From Isurus oxyrinchus (taxonomy: Eukaryota), in NCBI GenBank assembly GCA_026770705.1, contig JANJGN010000290.1, positions 248,001 to 312,000 on the forward strand: a DNA stretch of 64,000 nucleotides, given 5' to 3'. A program made the translations under genes and the position numbers. The notes beneath the pieces were generated by a model that saw nothing but the letters and a program-made list of their open reading frames with translations, was not told the origin of the DNA and did no database searches. Position 1 is the stretch's first letter, and every line of letters starts with the position of its first letter. This document shows positions 13,201-25,035 of the stretch, one piece after another.

Positions 13201-14780
13201 AGTATGCTTCACCCATCCCAGCTGCCCAGCTATATAATGATCTAAAATAAAGTGTACCTCCACAATGGAAAATTTTGCACTCCAACAATCTCCTCATCTT
13301 TTACGGACACACTGTTTAAATTTAACTTCCGGCAGGGAAAATGTTTAGCATCTCTACAGCCCCACTTATTAACATTTGTTCCTGCAATGCTCCCCTTGAG
13401 ATACAAATAACACTACCCAATATCAGTTCGTATTGACTATCCCCTGTGTCCCTTAATATATGAATATTTTGACCTGCTCCACACTGCACACATGTAAAAA
13501 CTAACCCTACACATACAAAACGTTTAAACAGTTCTGCAATCAGGAATTCAGAGCTCCCCCGGGGTAAGTTGTTAACACACTCCAACTTCTTTATGCATCA
13601 CGGATCCTTCCTGTTTTATCTGTACGCAAACCACTGTTTTTTTGTCCTTTGTTTTTCTTCCTGTGTCTGGACCACAAGAGCCACAGTACACTTAATTCCA
13701 GGATTTTTCTGCATTCCAGTTATTGCAGCAGCTTTTCCCGTTAATCTCCAGTGCATTGTCTTCGTATGCCCAAATTTGTTACAATGAAGATACCACAGGT
13801 TCCATGGGCTGCTTTCATACTCAGAACCTTCCTTTTGTGTTATGTGACAAAACTCCCTAGGAATTCCCAAATACACCTTCTCTTCCCTTATTACTTGCAT
13901 TCATTTCAGCTTCTGACTTTCTGTGGTTCCCTGATTTTATAAAACCTTACGAAATAAAGGCTTATATCTATGAACTAACTGATAAACATCAGATATCTCT
14001 GTTGCTTGTTATAGTGCTTTAAGGCTTTGCTCTTTCACATGACTACTCCCGACTAATGGGACCGAATCTCAAAATTTTTCCGAAAGGATTATTTCTCTTA
14101 GAGACACCTGTGTTGTCTTTACTTTTAATGCACTTATCCACAGATCAAAATAACTTTTTTTACGATCTCAAACACAATATAAGTTTGTTAAGAGCGTTTT
14201 TTTTCTTGCGAAAGTTCTGCTTGTACCCCCCAGGAACCAATTCTTCTGCACTCAAAAAATCCTGTTTTACTGCAACATAATCCAATTAAATTCTTCTGAC
14301 TGTGAAGCATAAACACCATGAGGTCTACCCAGTAACATATTCTGTAAAAGAAACAGACAATGTTCTTGTGACCTTTAAATATTCTTAGCTATCCTTTGAC
14401 ATAAAATCAAGAGCGCCTCTACATCCCCGTCCCTAAAATTCGGAAGATTTTGCACGACTTTGAACCTCTCCCCAGTGGATTTTAGTTTGAAGTTTTTCTC
14501 ATCAAGGAAACATTCGTCAGCTCAGGTCTATGCGTTATAGTCCAGATGTTAAACTGGCATTCTCATTCTCCTTCCTTATTCTTCTCCATTGCCCCCTTTT
14601 CTCTTTGAAGGTCGAACTTTCGCATATTCATTTATCTTTTAAATACACTTTATGTTTCTCTTTCTTTCTCTGCCCCTTCTTTTTATATTATCTTCAGTCC
14701 CAGCTTTTTATTTAAATGAATTTCCATTGCTGGTTCAAATTTATAATTATTCATTTGTATCATAAGTCTGACTTTCTCCA
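10260..14780 (-). mobile_element. Decayed Gmr1-like Ty3/Gypsy internal region (gag-PR-INT-RT-RH)
   Basis: Minus-strand remnants in order: gag/SCAN-like LPNFRDGDVEA...LLQNMLLGRPHGVYA...ELVPGGYKQNFR (~14210-14460); zinc knuckle HCNKFGHTK (~13760-13800); protease IHILRDTGDSQ (~13430-13465); integrase TTYHPEL.ALEKIHQHLK...GVPLVL...ELVYGQEV (~12090-12290); RT IVLVPQPGG...DY.KLNVVTKVDLYPIP (~11260-11360); RNase H FKLVVDAT..G.GALLLQE...KETQGLVLALQ (~10470-10630). Confidence 0.88.
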
Positions 14781-14789
14781 GCTTTGACT

Positions 14790-14995
14790 AGCTCGTGTCA
14801 TGTATGACTTCCAACTTCAAATGCTGGGCCATACCTCGGCAATTTTCCACATAGCCAGATAGATGCCGATGTTGTAGCTCTACCAGAACAGCTTGGCTAG
14901 GGGTGCTGCAAGTTCTGTTGCACATGTAATCAGGACTGTTGCTGGAATATTGTCAGGCCCATAGATTTTGCTCTATGCCATGCCTTCAGGAGTTT
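14790..14995 (-). mobile_element. Short fragment of the second LINE family inside the LTR element
   Basis: GGCAATTTTCCACAT...GAACAGCTTGGCTAG...TATTGTCAGG matches 7060-7180 and 23810-23930. Confidence 0.75.
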
Positions 14996-15282
14996 AACTT
15001 AAAATATCCCTGTCTGCTTTGTTGCTACCTATAGCCTCAACAGCAATGTATTCAACAATTCTGTTAACTTGCACTTTGGTATTTTTTGTAACGCCATCAC
15101 AATTATAGTTTCTACTCCCAGAAAAGTTTTACTTATGGATGCAGCCATTGTGTGTAGTTTTATCTCGTTAAAATCAGTCCCACAACTCCTGAATTCAATG
15201 TGCTTCTTGTAATCATACACTTTCTATTCACCAACTCCAAACCAATCAAGGGCCTTCGAATATTCGGCAAAACAATCCTAAT

Positions 15283-16198
15283 ATTTTATGAAGTGACTGA
15301 AGATGTGTAACCGCGGACCAAATCCACGATGGAATCTTGATCAAGCTATCAGAAATGAGTTACCATTTATATTTACTGCAAGCTGTGTGCACTGAATTCA
15401 AAAGTAATGAATCCACAAAGAATTTTGAGATGTAGAAAAAAATCAACAATTTCTAAGCAAGATACAAATGATTTCAAGCATGCACGTCATAGGAAAAAAT
15501 ACTTTCCACAATAACTCATCAAATTCCAGGATAGCATGACTCCCAAATGTACTTCATTTAAGGCAGCAGTCCAAAACAAAATTCTGAATTGAAATAGGAA
15601 ACGCAAATTTACCCAACACCAACGGGACAGTGCAATTCAAAATTAATCTTCCCCGACTTCCATTTCTTTATATAGCAGACTTATGAAAAAATTCTGGAGA
15701 TGTCATTACGTCTATTTCACTCAGTCCTGTTGGAATTTTCACCCACCACATAACCTTTCGTTCACCTGTATATATGTTCGGATCTTATAAATATGTAGGA
15801 TTTGTTGTTCCATATCTCTTTGAATTTCTATATTCCTCATAACATTAAAACATTTATATTGCCAACATATATTTTCAGCAATGTCTGCAAAAATTAAACG
15901 CATGCACTTGCATTGATTACCTCGGTAATTTTAAACACACTAACATCCTTTTAAAATCATTTAACCCTTAATTTATCTAAAAATGCAAATTCCCTTCATA
16001 CCTTACATGCTAATGCAGCGTCAATGGTTACTCTTTAGTTATGAAGCAACTGCATCTTTTGATGTTTTAAAGCCTGTAACCTGTTTGATTACAAATGTAA
16101 TTAATTAACACAGAAAACGATCTATATTTACCCGTATAAATGTACTTTACAATAAAGGAGAAAAGAATTGTGAAAAATATATAATTTCATCGCAAAAC
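15283..16198 (-). mobile_element. LTR, probable 5' LTR of the Gmr1-like element
   Basis: About 0.9 kb, similar to 31336-32260 at both ends (GGACCAAAT...; ATCT.AAAATGCAAATT.CCTTCA; AAAAATAT...TTTCAT), lying upstream of gag in element orientation. Confidence 0.55.
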
Positions 16199-16546
16199 AA
16201 ATTGGGTATGAATGCCAAATCTACCGACCCAAGCAAGTCAATTTAATTCTGAATCAGATACTGAGAGATGCATTCTGATAAATGTCTGATGAAAGAACTG
16301 TAGTTGAAAGCAAGCAAGGAAAATTAAAAAGGGAACAGAGGACATGGCAATGTCACCGATAAAGTTCAAACATAACTGGCACATGCATTGCAATTACGAG
16401 AAAAAAAATAGTGGACGATTGTTGAAGACGAAGGGCCTGACAGACCTTAAATAGGTGGCTAGTGCACAAAAATTAAAATGTAGACATGCCTCGTAATGAA
16501 ACATTTTAGAACAGACGAATGAGGACCCGAATGCAATATCCAACGT

Positions 16547-16570
16547 GGGGGGGGGGGGGGGGGGGGGGGG
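16547..16570 (+). repeat. Poly-G tract (24 G)
   Basis: Seen directly. Confidence 0.95.
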
Positions 16571-16904
16571 TGGATGAGGCCTTAACAGCACTAACTGCCA
16601 CCTAGCAGATATGGTAAAAACAAAGCCATGTGGAGGTAAGAAGCACAATAAATGCATGCGAAAAAGGACATCAAGGCAAATTAGAATTTTTTTCCAATCC
16701 ATTCCTTTCAGAGGTTCCAGAATGGAGCAGTCGCATTCTTAGAGAAATCAAAGTGTGACATCACACATTTATTCATTTTCAGAACTGATGTGCTTTGTGA
16801 GAAATTGCAAGGACACGATAGTTGTAGTAATGTTTACAAATTTCATTGAAGCAGTGTTCATTACTTACAAATTAATTAAGAAATTATTTATTATACAAAA
16901 TAAA

Positions 16905-17430
16905 GAAAGCATGGCAGGTTATATGTTGCGACTGCAGAATATGTGATTTTCTGGTAAACAGAGTGACCCAGGGCGTTATTGCCTGTACTGTCTGTCTAAA
17001 TCTCGAGGCAGTTGGACGCATTGTCAGTGACCTGGAGGTCAACCTGCAAACACTGCTATGCTACATGGAAGGGAATATTTACTTGGATGGTGGGGCTTTC
17101 CAAACCCGTTGTAAAGGAGCCCGCCACAGGGAATATAGTGGAATATAGCGGTGGATGATCCGGCCTGCTGGTGGTGCAGGATAATCCTGCCTTATTTACA
17201 AGTAGTCAGTCACACAATTTGGGATAGCATCTTCTGATTGGATCAGTGGCAAGGGCAGGAGGATATGACTGCAAGTGATGCTGGTGTGATTACCAAGAAG
17301 GTTGAAGTGTTGGAGCCTCAGCTTTTCAATTGTCCAAGAGTTTCGATGCTCTTGCAGCCTATATGGATGGGTATAGTGGATTCAGGATGGGGGAATAAAT
17401 TGAGCATCGTACACAAATTTATTCAAGCGA
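16905..17430 (+). mobile_element. CR1 ORF1 N-terminal fragment (CxxC/coiled coil)
   Basis: IACTVCLNLEAVGRIVSDLEVNLQTLLCYMEGNIYLD resembles the CR1 ORF1 C..C..L...RV.ELE..L..L...EGE.YLD pattern. An endonuclease start (AITE.WLQDG) at ~19070 probably belongs to the same copy. Confidence 0.6.
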
Positions 17431-17439
17431 GAACAGAAA

Positions 17440-18670
17440 AACATACAAACATTCTGAATATGAGCACAGGCTGGCCGTTCAGCGTATTGAGCCTCCTCTA
17501 CAGTTCAATAAAATCATGGCTGATATGGTTTTGTTTCGATATCTACATTCTAAGCAATACCGACAATGTTTGATTTATTTTCTTAACACGGAGCCATCTA
17601 CCTCTGCCATAGCAGGTACAATGAATTCGCTTCCACCAGAGTCTGGGAGAAAGGAAATCTCCTCATCTCTGTCCAAAATAGTCGGTACAAAGATTAAAAA
17701 GTCCCCAAGTTCTGGATTCAATGACAAGTGGAATCATCTTTTCTACGTCGACATTTTCTCGATGGTTCAGGATATCAAATTCTTCAAACAAGTCACCAAT
17801 CACTCTTGAAATCTCCAGTAGAAACAGGCCCAGACTGTCGAGCATTTCCTCGTTTGAAAACTCGCACATTCCAGGCATCAATCCAGTGACCCCCTTCTGA
17901 AACGTTACCAATTCATGTACATCCTTCCTGAAACAAGGAGACCAAATTTGCAAGCAATCCTTGAGGTGCGGTCTCACAAATGCCATATTGAACTGAGGAA
18001 TAACATTATTGCTCCCATGCTGTATTCCTCTCATAACATGGCACATCATTCCATGAGATCTCTTATTTATTTGTTGTACCTGCATGCTAATCTCCTGCTA
18101 CACAAGCATGAGAACACGTAGACTCCTCTGCACTCAGAATGCTGCAGCCGTACAACTTCGCATTTTCCCACACACGATGGTACACTGGTGTTGTCGCTGA
18201 GCCAATAATGCATAAAAAAGGAATATGCTCTGGGGACCAGTGTTCAAATTCCATCCATACCTGTGCTGCGATGGCGAGCGACATCCATCTCCCATGAATG
18301 AATATAAAACACTCTTTCTGCCATATTTTTGGCCAGTTACTCAACCTATATATAATCTGTCAAATTTAGGTACCACACCTTCACTCGCCACATCCATGTC
18401 ATTGATGAGCACTGAAAAGGTTAAGGCTCCAGCATTAACGCCTGCTGCAATCCACTCGTCACATCTGGTTTGTCAGAAAAAAAAACGAAAATTCGATGCA
18501 TAATACTTTGTTTTTTCCGGGTAGAACAACCTAGTATGGAGACTAATCTGTTAACGCTACGCCATGAACTTATACTTTTCGTTATTTCCTTTGATGTGGC
18601 ATCTTAGATGAGGTAATGCGGAATTTGATGGACAGAGTGTGCCACGAATGGGGAAGGTCCATTTCCTTAT
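17440..18670 (-). mobile_element. CR1 RT / 3' end fragment
   Basis: FVRPHLKDCLQIWSPCFRKDV...LDSLGLFLLE...GDLFEEFDIL (17663-18085). Confidence 0.9.
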
Positions 18671-19710
18671 GATAAGGCTTGAAGTTACAAAAACATGAAA
18701 TAAAAGCTCTGTGTCCGAATTCACAATGCGTTCATAAACAAACAAAAATATTGGCAGCACAAATAGACATAAACATCCATAATCTTACAGGCATTACAGA
18801 AAAATGGTAGCTGTATCTTTCGAGAAGTCTTTACCTGAAACTAGATGGCATGAGCGTTCTGCCAAGGCATATACTTTGGCCATTGGAAGGAGCTTTATAT
18901 TAAATCGTGTGGGCAATGGGTCAGATTTTGGAAGTGTGATAAAACAAGTAGAGAAGCCAAGGCAAAATGACACGGTCGTGAGAAGGAAATGATGATCAGG
19001 ACATGACGTTCATGAAAAAAACAGAGAATTGACATTAAAAATCGAATTCCATATGTGTGTTCTGGCAGCCATTACAGAGGCATGGCTGCAGGATGGCAAG
19101 GAAAAGGGGCTTAATATTTAATGTTACTTTGCAACTTGGAAGGCCAAGAAGCTTGGCAGAATTGGATGGAGGCCCTGTAAATTAAGTAAAACGTTGATGC
19201 AACATGAATTATACATTTGCATGAATGGTAGGACCTGTGGAATAGAGGGCTTGGATGAGCTGCACACTCCTCCCATCCGATGCAAAATATATTCAATATG
19301 CACAAAGTTTGCTAATGACCATCAGTAGCAAAGGGCATCCCCCAACCTGAGCTAGCCTGGTCTCCTTGTCAGTCGAAACGCCTGGCAATGTGTTTCACTA
19401 TTTACTGTCCCCTCGCAAGTCATTCGATTGAACTAAACTCCCACAGAATGGACTGTCGTGATTCAGGAAGGCTGTTCATCAATAGTTTGTCAATGGCAAT
19501 TAGAGATGGACAAACAATTGCTGAACCTGGCAACGATGACCTAGAAAGAATTCTAAAGAAATTTAAGGAATCAGTAGGTGCTAATCTGTGGGAGGTTTCC
19601 TTGTTGTTGTTTGCAGTGGTTTTACGAGACTTCATGGGGTCCAAGATACAATTCTGTGTACTCCAAAGCTAACTCCTTGTTTAATGCACGCCACTATGCT
19701 GCCTGCTTTG

Positions 19711-19721
19711 GTGTGTGTGTG

Positions 19722-19753
<32 letters not shown>

Positions 19754-19782
19754 TGCGTGCGTGTGTGTGTGTGTGTGTGTGC
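19711..19782 (+). repeat. Compound microsatellite (GT)n(GCGT)n(GT)n
   Basis: Seen directly. Confidence 0.98.
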
Positions 19783-21331
19783 TTTTGTAGATCACGGTGG
19801 GGTCGTGGTGTTGTTGGCCCTGCTGGCGGAGCAGGACATGGCCTGCAATGGTTTCTAGAATATTGCAACGATTCAGTGTGTATGACTATGTCAGCCTTTT
19901 GCTTGATCAGATTGTCTGATTGTTAAACCATTCATATTGTGGAAACATTCTCGTGAGTCTTTTTTGCATTCATGTCTTGGTAATATCATCCACGAACGAA
20001 CATTGCAAGTCTGTAGAGATGGAGGGACATCACAGAACACGACAGGATTCGAATCATCTTGATTTTAAAAAGGGTCCCAGTCTGTAATGTTAGCCTAGTG
20101 TAACTTCCATTTACGTTTGTGTACGAACACTGTCAGCAATCAAAGAGATTACTCACTACCAGCAATAATACAGTAGGTTCAGGAATATTAATAGCACAAT
20201 AGCATCATACGCAATATAGTTAGAATAGGATCAGCGTCAATAAAGCTAAATTTGGGTTGCTAACAAAAACGTTAGTGTAGCGTTGGCGCCAATAACAGAA
20301 AGATCTAATTTTAAATATAGAGTGAATGATTACACTGTTCAAAATTTCTGTTGAGCATCCACCCTCAAATGTTTAACCCAATGTCCAGGAGGAACTTGCA
20401 CTCAAGAGATTTGGCCTGTGCACATTAAGCATTAACTCTGCGCCTGTAGTACATTCCATTTCGTGATTGTAAAGGATGGACGTTCATGAACTGAGATGTG
20501 GCATTTCCCAATTGCTGCTCCCGGGTGCGCTGAAGCAGAAAATCTACCAATAATTGTTCAGTGACTGTAAGTAAAACGATGTTTCATTTTTTCGTGCTGG
20601 GGCATCGAGTAACCAAAAAAAATGCGTTTGTTAATGAGTCTAACATGCGCTTCAGTTGGTTCAGAATTCACCTGTTCTTGATAAAATTTTACAAGCGGCA
20701 ATCCTCCTGATAAAGGACATGTTCTATCCTCTTCTCGCAACCTTTGGTGTTCCTGGTCAGTCGGAGAATCCTGTTGATGAAAAATTGTTCGACTTCATGA
20801 CAGTTTTGGCCGCTATAAGGTATTTTAATAACTTTCTGATTGCACCGTCATTATATAATCAAAGAGACGTTGGAGTAAACCACTAATACCAGCAGAACAG
20901 CAAATTAGGCGCGGGAGGCCAGGCCCTATGCATTTAATAAAATATGAGCGTCCTTGAAATTTATTTCATTATCGCAGACTTCTCACTCGCTTTTAAAAAT
21001 GAGCTGCTCATTAAACGCTATCTGGTTGTTTTCCGTTTAGAACCTTGCTAACTCTCCTTAATATGGAAATTACTCTGGCGACAGGTGAAGTTTTGGAAAA
21101 TCATTGAAAGGTAATTTGTAAAACATAAGCTTCAAGAACCAATCATGCGGCTCCCAGAGCTTCCACTTGCTACAAAGCATCCCCAAAGAATCTCCCAGGT
21201 GCCTCAATGTCACCGGAAAATCCCTCAGCCACATTCTGGGATGTATTCCTGATTTAGCTTTGCCAAAGCGGAGCGTTAGGTGAAATAGGTGAAAGACTTT
21301 CTTTTGCACCTTCCGTCCAGGCAGCCTGTTT

Positions 21332-22096
21332 AAGCGTGAGGTGTTCAAAGTGCATTTATAAATGATAACGACCAATATCTCATTCAATATTCTTTTCCGA
21401 ATTGCTGTGTAATTCGTTACTGAAACTTTGCAGAGTGAGGAGAAATATAAGCAAAGCCTAACGGGCCAGCGGCATCACGAGGCATGGGCAGTGTTGAATA
21501 ACATTTGGCAGCTCTTTCCGGAAATATAAAGATTCAAATTAAATATTGGGCAGCTGAAAAAAAACAAATGGTAGGGGTGCAAAATTGGACCGGCGGGTCC
21601 ACCTCTGATATTGCAGTCAGTGGAAATGAACATCAGGAAGTCCTGTGAAATGCCTCCAGATCCTCTACCGCTCCTCTGCAGCGGCCTGAGGCAAATTTGT
21701 AGCTAATTTTCGAGCTCCTACAATGAAAAGGAGCATAATGTACTGGGCCGTTAGTTTACAATAGCAGATAAGAGATTGGGAAATGTGGCAAGGAAGACCT
21801 TGGCCTTTTAGAACCCCAGCGACTATTCCGCATTATTCTTGGATGATGTTTAATGCTCCCGTACATTAGGTCATGCGAACACAAAGAAGAAAATAAATAC
21901 TGTGGATAGTGCAGTAAATCTGAAACAAAAAGGACAGAATTCTGAAACAAAGTAGAAAATGCTGGAAATGGAAACAGGTCAAGCAGCAGATGGTGGGCAG
22001 GGGAGCAAGTCAGGAGGGGCATCAATATACATAAAAAGCGTGAGGTGTTCAAAGTGCATTTATAAATGATAACGACCAATATCTCATTCAATATTC
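21332..22096 (+). repeat. Perfect 61-bp direct repeat (21332-21392 and 22036-22096)
   Basis: AAGCGTGAGGTGTTCAAAGTGCATTTATAAATGATAACGACCAATATCTCATTCAATATTC occurs twice without mismatch. Confidence 0.95.
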
Positions 22097-22444
22097 GTGA
22101 GACTACATGGTGAGATTATAGGCAAGTTAACAGGTCAGACAAGGAAGAAAAATAAAATACGTTTTGGGTTCTGATGAAATCTTACAGGCTTGGAGAGTTA
22201 ACTCTGTTTCTCTTTCTACAGTCACCCCCTGACAGAAATTGCCTTTCCAGCATTTCTGCCATGCCTTCAGTATCAAGTACCTATGTTTTGCAAGGTGTCC
22301 GCTGCCCTTCCTATATTCCTCTACAATTCTTGCTTATGACTAACAATAAATACGCCTCCCACTGTGTTGTCCCTGTGCGCTTTACGTGATATTCTACTTT
22401 TCAGGCAATGTTTGATACTTCTGCCTTTGTGGTCAACATTTTAT

Positions 22445-23935
22445 TTTTTATTGAATCACGGGATGTGTTATTCCTTCGCTGTGCCAGTACTTATTCTCCC
22501 ACCTCGTTGCCTTTGAAAGGTGGTGGTGACTTGCATTCTTGAAACAGTGAGGTCCATGTGGTGCACGTACAGGCAGAGTGCTGTGAGGGAGGGAATTATA
22601 GAATTTTGAACCAGCGACAGTGATGGAAGAGTGCTTCTTTTCCAAGCAAGGATGTTGAGTGACTTGAAGGGACACTTCCATGTGGCGTTGTTCCCGTTTA
22701 ACTGCTGCACTTGTACTTGCAAATGTTAATATTTGTGTGTTTGGGAAGTGTTGTCGAAGGAGCCTTGGTTAATTCCTGTTGTGTATCTTATCGATGGCAC
22801 ACGCTGTTACGACTGTGTGTCCTTGGTGGGGGTGGAGGGAGAGTGACTGTTTGCGTGTGTGATGCTAATCAAGGGGAATGCTTTTTCCTGAATGGTGTCA
22901 AGCTCCCTGCCTGTTGTGGGTGCTGCACTCGCCCAGGCAAGTGGGGAGTGTTCCATCACACCCCTTATTTGTGCCTTGTAGACGATGCTTTGGAAGGCAA
23001 GAGGTGAGCTACTGGTAGCACGATTTCTATCCTTGGACCTGCTCTTGTTGCCACAGTATTTACGTGGCAGGTCCGGTTCCAATCCTGGTCAATGTTGATA
23101 ATGGAGGATTCAGTGATGGTAATGGCATTGAACATCAAGTCGCGATGTTTCCATTATCTCTTGTTGGAATTGAGCATTGCCTGCCACTCGTCAGCCCAAG
23201 CCGGAATGTTGTTCATGTTTTGCTGCATTTGGACGTGGATTACTTCAGTACCTGATGTGTCGAGAATGGTGCTGAACATTGTGCAATCATTGGCACCATC
23301 CCCATTTCTGACTTTACGATTCAAGGAAGATCTTTGAAGAAGCAATTTAAGAAGCTTGGTTCTAGGACACTATCCTAAGGAATTCCTGGGCTGATGACAT
23401 GGAGCTGAGATGAGTGACCTCTAACAACCAGAAACATTTTCCTTTGTGTCTGGTAAGACTCCGACCAGAGGTCAGCTTTCCACATGATAACCATTGACTC
23501 CAATTTTGCCAGTGCTCCTTGACACCACACTCGGGCAAGTGCTGCCTTGTTGTCAAGGGCACTGACACTCACCTCAGCTCAGGAGTTCTACTCTCTTGCT
23601 TGTTTTTGAAACAAGGGTGCAATGAGGCCAGGAGCTGCGTGGCCCAGGCGGAACCCTAACTGTGAGTCAGTGAGTAGATTATTGCTAAACAATTTCTGCT
23701 TGATAGCACTGTTGATGACCATTCCCGTTGCTTTATTGATGACCAGTGTAGACTGGTTGGGGTCGTGATTAGCTGGGGTGGATTTGCCCTGCTTTTTGTG
23801 TCAAAGACATACCTGGGCAACCTTCCATATAGCTGCGTAGATTGCCGTGTTGTCGCTGTACTGGAACAGCTTTTCTAGACGTCTGACAATTTCTTGGGCA
23901 CAAGAATTCAGTACTAATGCCAGAATATTTTGAAG
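22445..23935 (-). mobile_element. LINE fragment, second CR1/L2-group family
   Basis: IVYKAQIRGVMEHSPLAWASAAPTTGRELDTIQEKA; ANDCTMFSTI...AWADEWQ; LDNKAALARVWCQGALAKLES. Confidence 0.88.
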
Positions 23936-24329
23936 GCACACAATGTTTCCAAAATGCTGTAAAACATTGCATTCAAGAACATCTCCCTCCTCCCCTCCTC
24001 CGCCAACCTTATTTCCACTCGTTTCAGGCTGTGGGTAATGTCTGAATCAATAACAAAATGTGCCGGGAAAACGCAGCAAGATAGATAGCATCTGTGGAGA
24101 GAAAGGCTTGGTTAACTTTTTGAGTCTTTGTGACTGCAGCTTCAATACTCAAAGGACGGAAACATACATCAGACCTTTTAACCTAATATCACTCATTGTG
24201 AAACTGCCAGAATGCATTTTTATGGATGAAGAAACAGGAGATGAAGGGAAGAAAACATAATTCAATCAGCCAGTGACAGCATGACAGGGAAATGTGAATG
24301 ATGCATTTAGTAAAGCTCGATCAGGATGT

Positions 24330-24780
24330 AACAAAGAGGGTGGCTAATGGATTACTAGCAGATGTAGAGCGTCTGGGCTCCCAAAACAGATTTTGTATGG
24401 TACCACATTAAAGCTTAATATATAAAAAGTAGGCAGTGAGGCGGTGAGGATGGGGAAGAGATGATATGTTAGCAATGGAAATGGGCTGAACAACTAACAG
24501 ATCACAAAGATAAATGGACCAATTTCAGGATCACAAATTGCACATACTGGAGGGCCACGGGAATACCTGCAGGGTCTTCACTATTTACGATTGGTCTTAA
24601 TCAATTCGATGAAGGATCAGACTTGGTTCGAGCTAAATTCATTAACATACAAAGGTAGATAGGTTATTAAGTTGTGGGGACGATGCAACGGGTCTGAAAA
24701 GGGGTTTTAATCGCTTCATTGCGTTGGGAAACAATTGACAGATTAAAGACAACATGCAGAATTCCGAGGTCGTTCAGACT
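24330..24780 (+). mobile_element. Old CR1 RT fragment
   Basis: Decayed D.QKAFDKVPH-, GVPQGS- and AKFADDTK-like coding blocks. Confidence 0.55.
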
Positions 24781-24814
24781 GTCAGGAAGAGAAGAAAAGA
24801 ACACGATATAAATG

Positions 24815-25035
24815 GATACCAAAAGAATAAGTGCTGGAAAAAGTCAACACTACTGACATCAACTGTGAAGTGAACGGCAGAGCTAACGTTTCAGCTCCAT
24901 ATGACTCTTCCTCAGAACGTTCTGAGTAAGTCATATGGTGTCTAAAAGTTAACTCTGCCTTTCTCTCCATAGATGCTGTCAGAAATGCTGAGTTTTTTCA
25001 CCACTGATTGTTTTTGTTTCATATTTCCAGCCTCT
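24815..25035. mobile_element. Palindromic short element built from Penelope-type termini
   Basis: Arms are imperfect reverse complements (TGCTGGAAAAAGTCAACA / TGCTGAGTTTTTTCACCA) around the centre CTCAGAAC|GTTCTGAG at 24918/24919. Related arms lie at 21880-22260, 29050-29200, 52230-52305, 58990-59165 and 63810-63910. Confidence 0.6.

Noticed and set aside
19578-19926. ORFs rich in CV/HT repeats
   Set aside because: Translation of a microsatellite.
20035-20100. Minus-strand B-box-like ATTCGAATCCTGTCG, possible Arg/Ser tRNA relic
   Set aside because: Only ~20 nt align convincingly; no cloverleaf.
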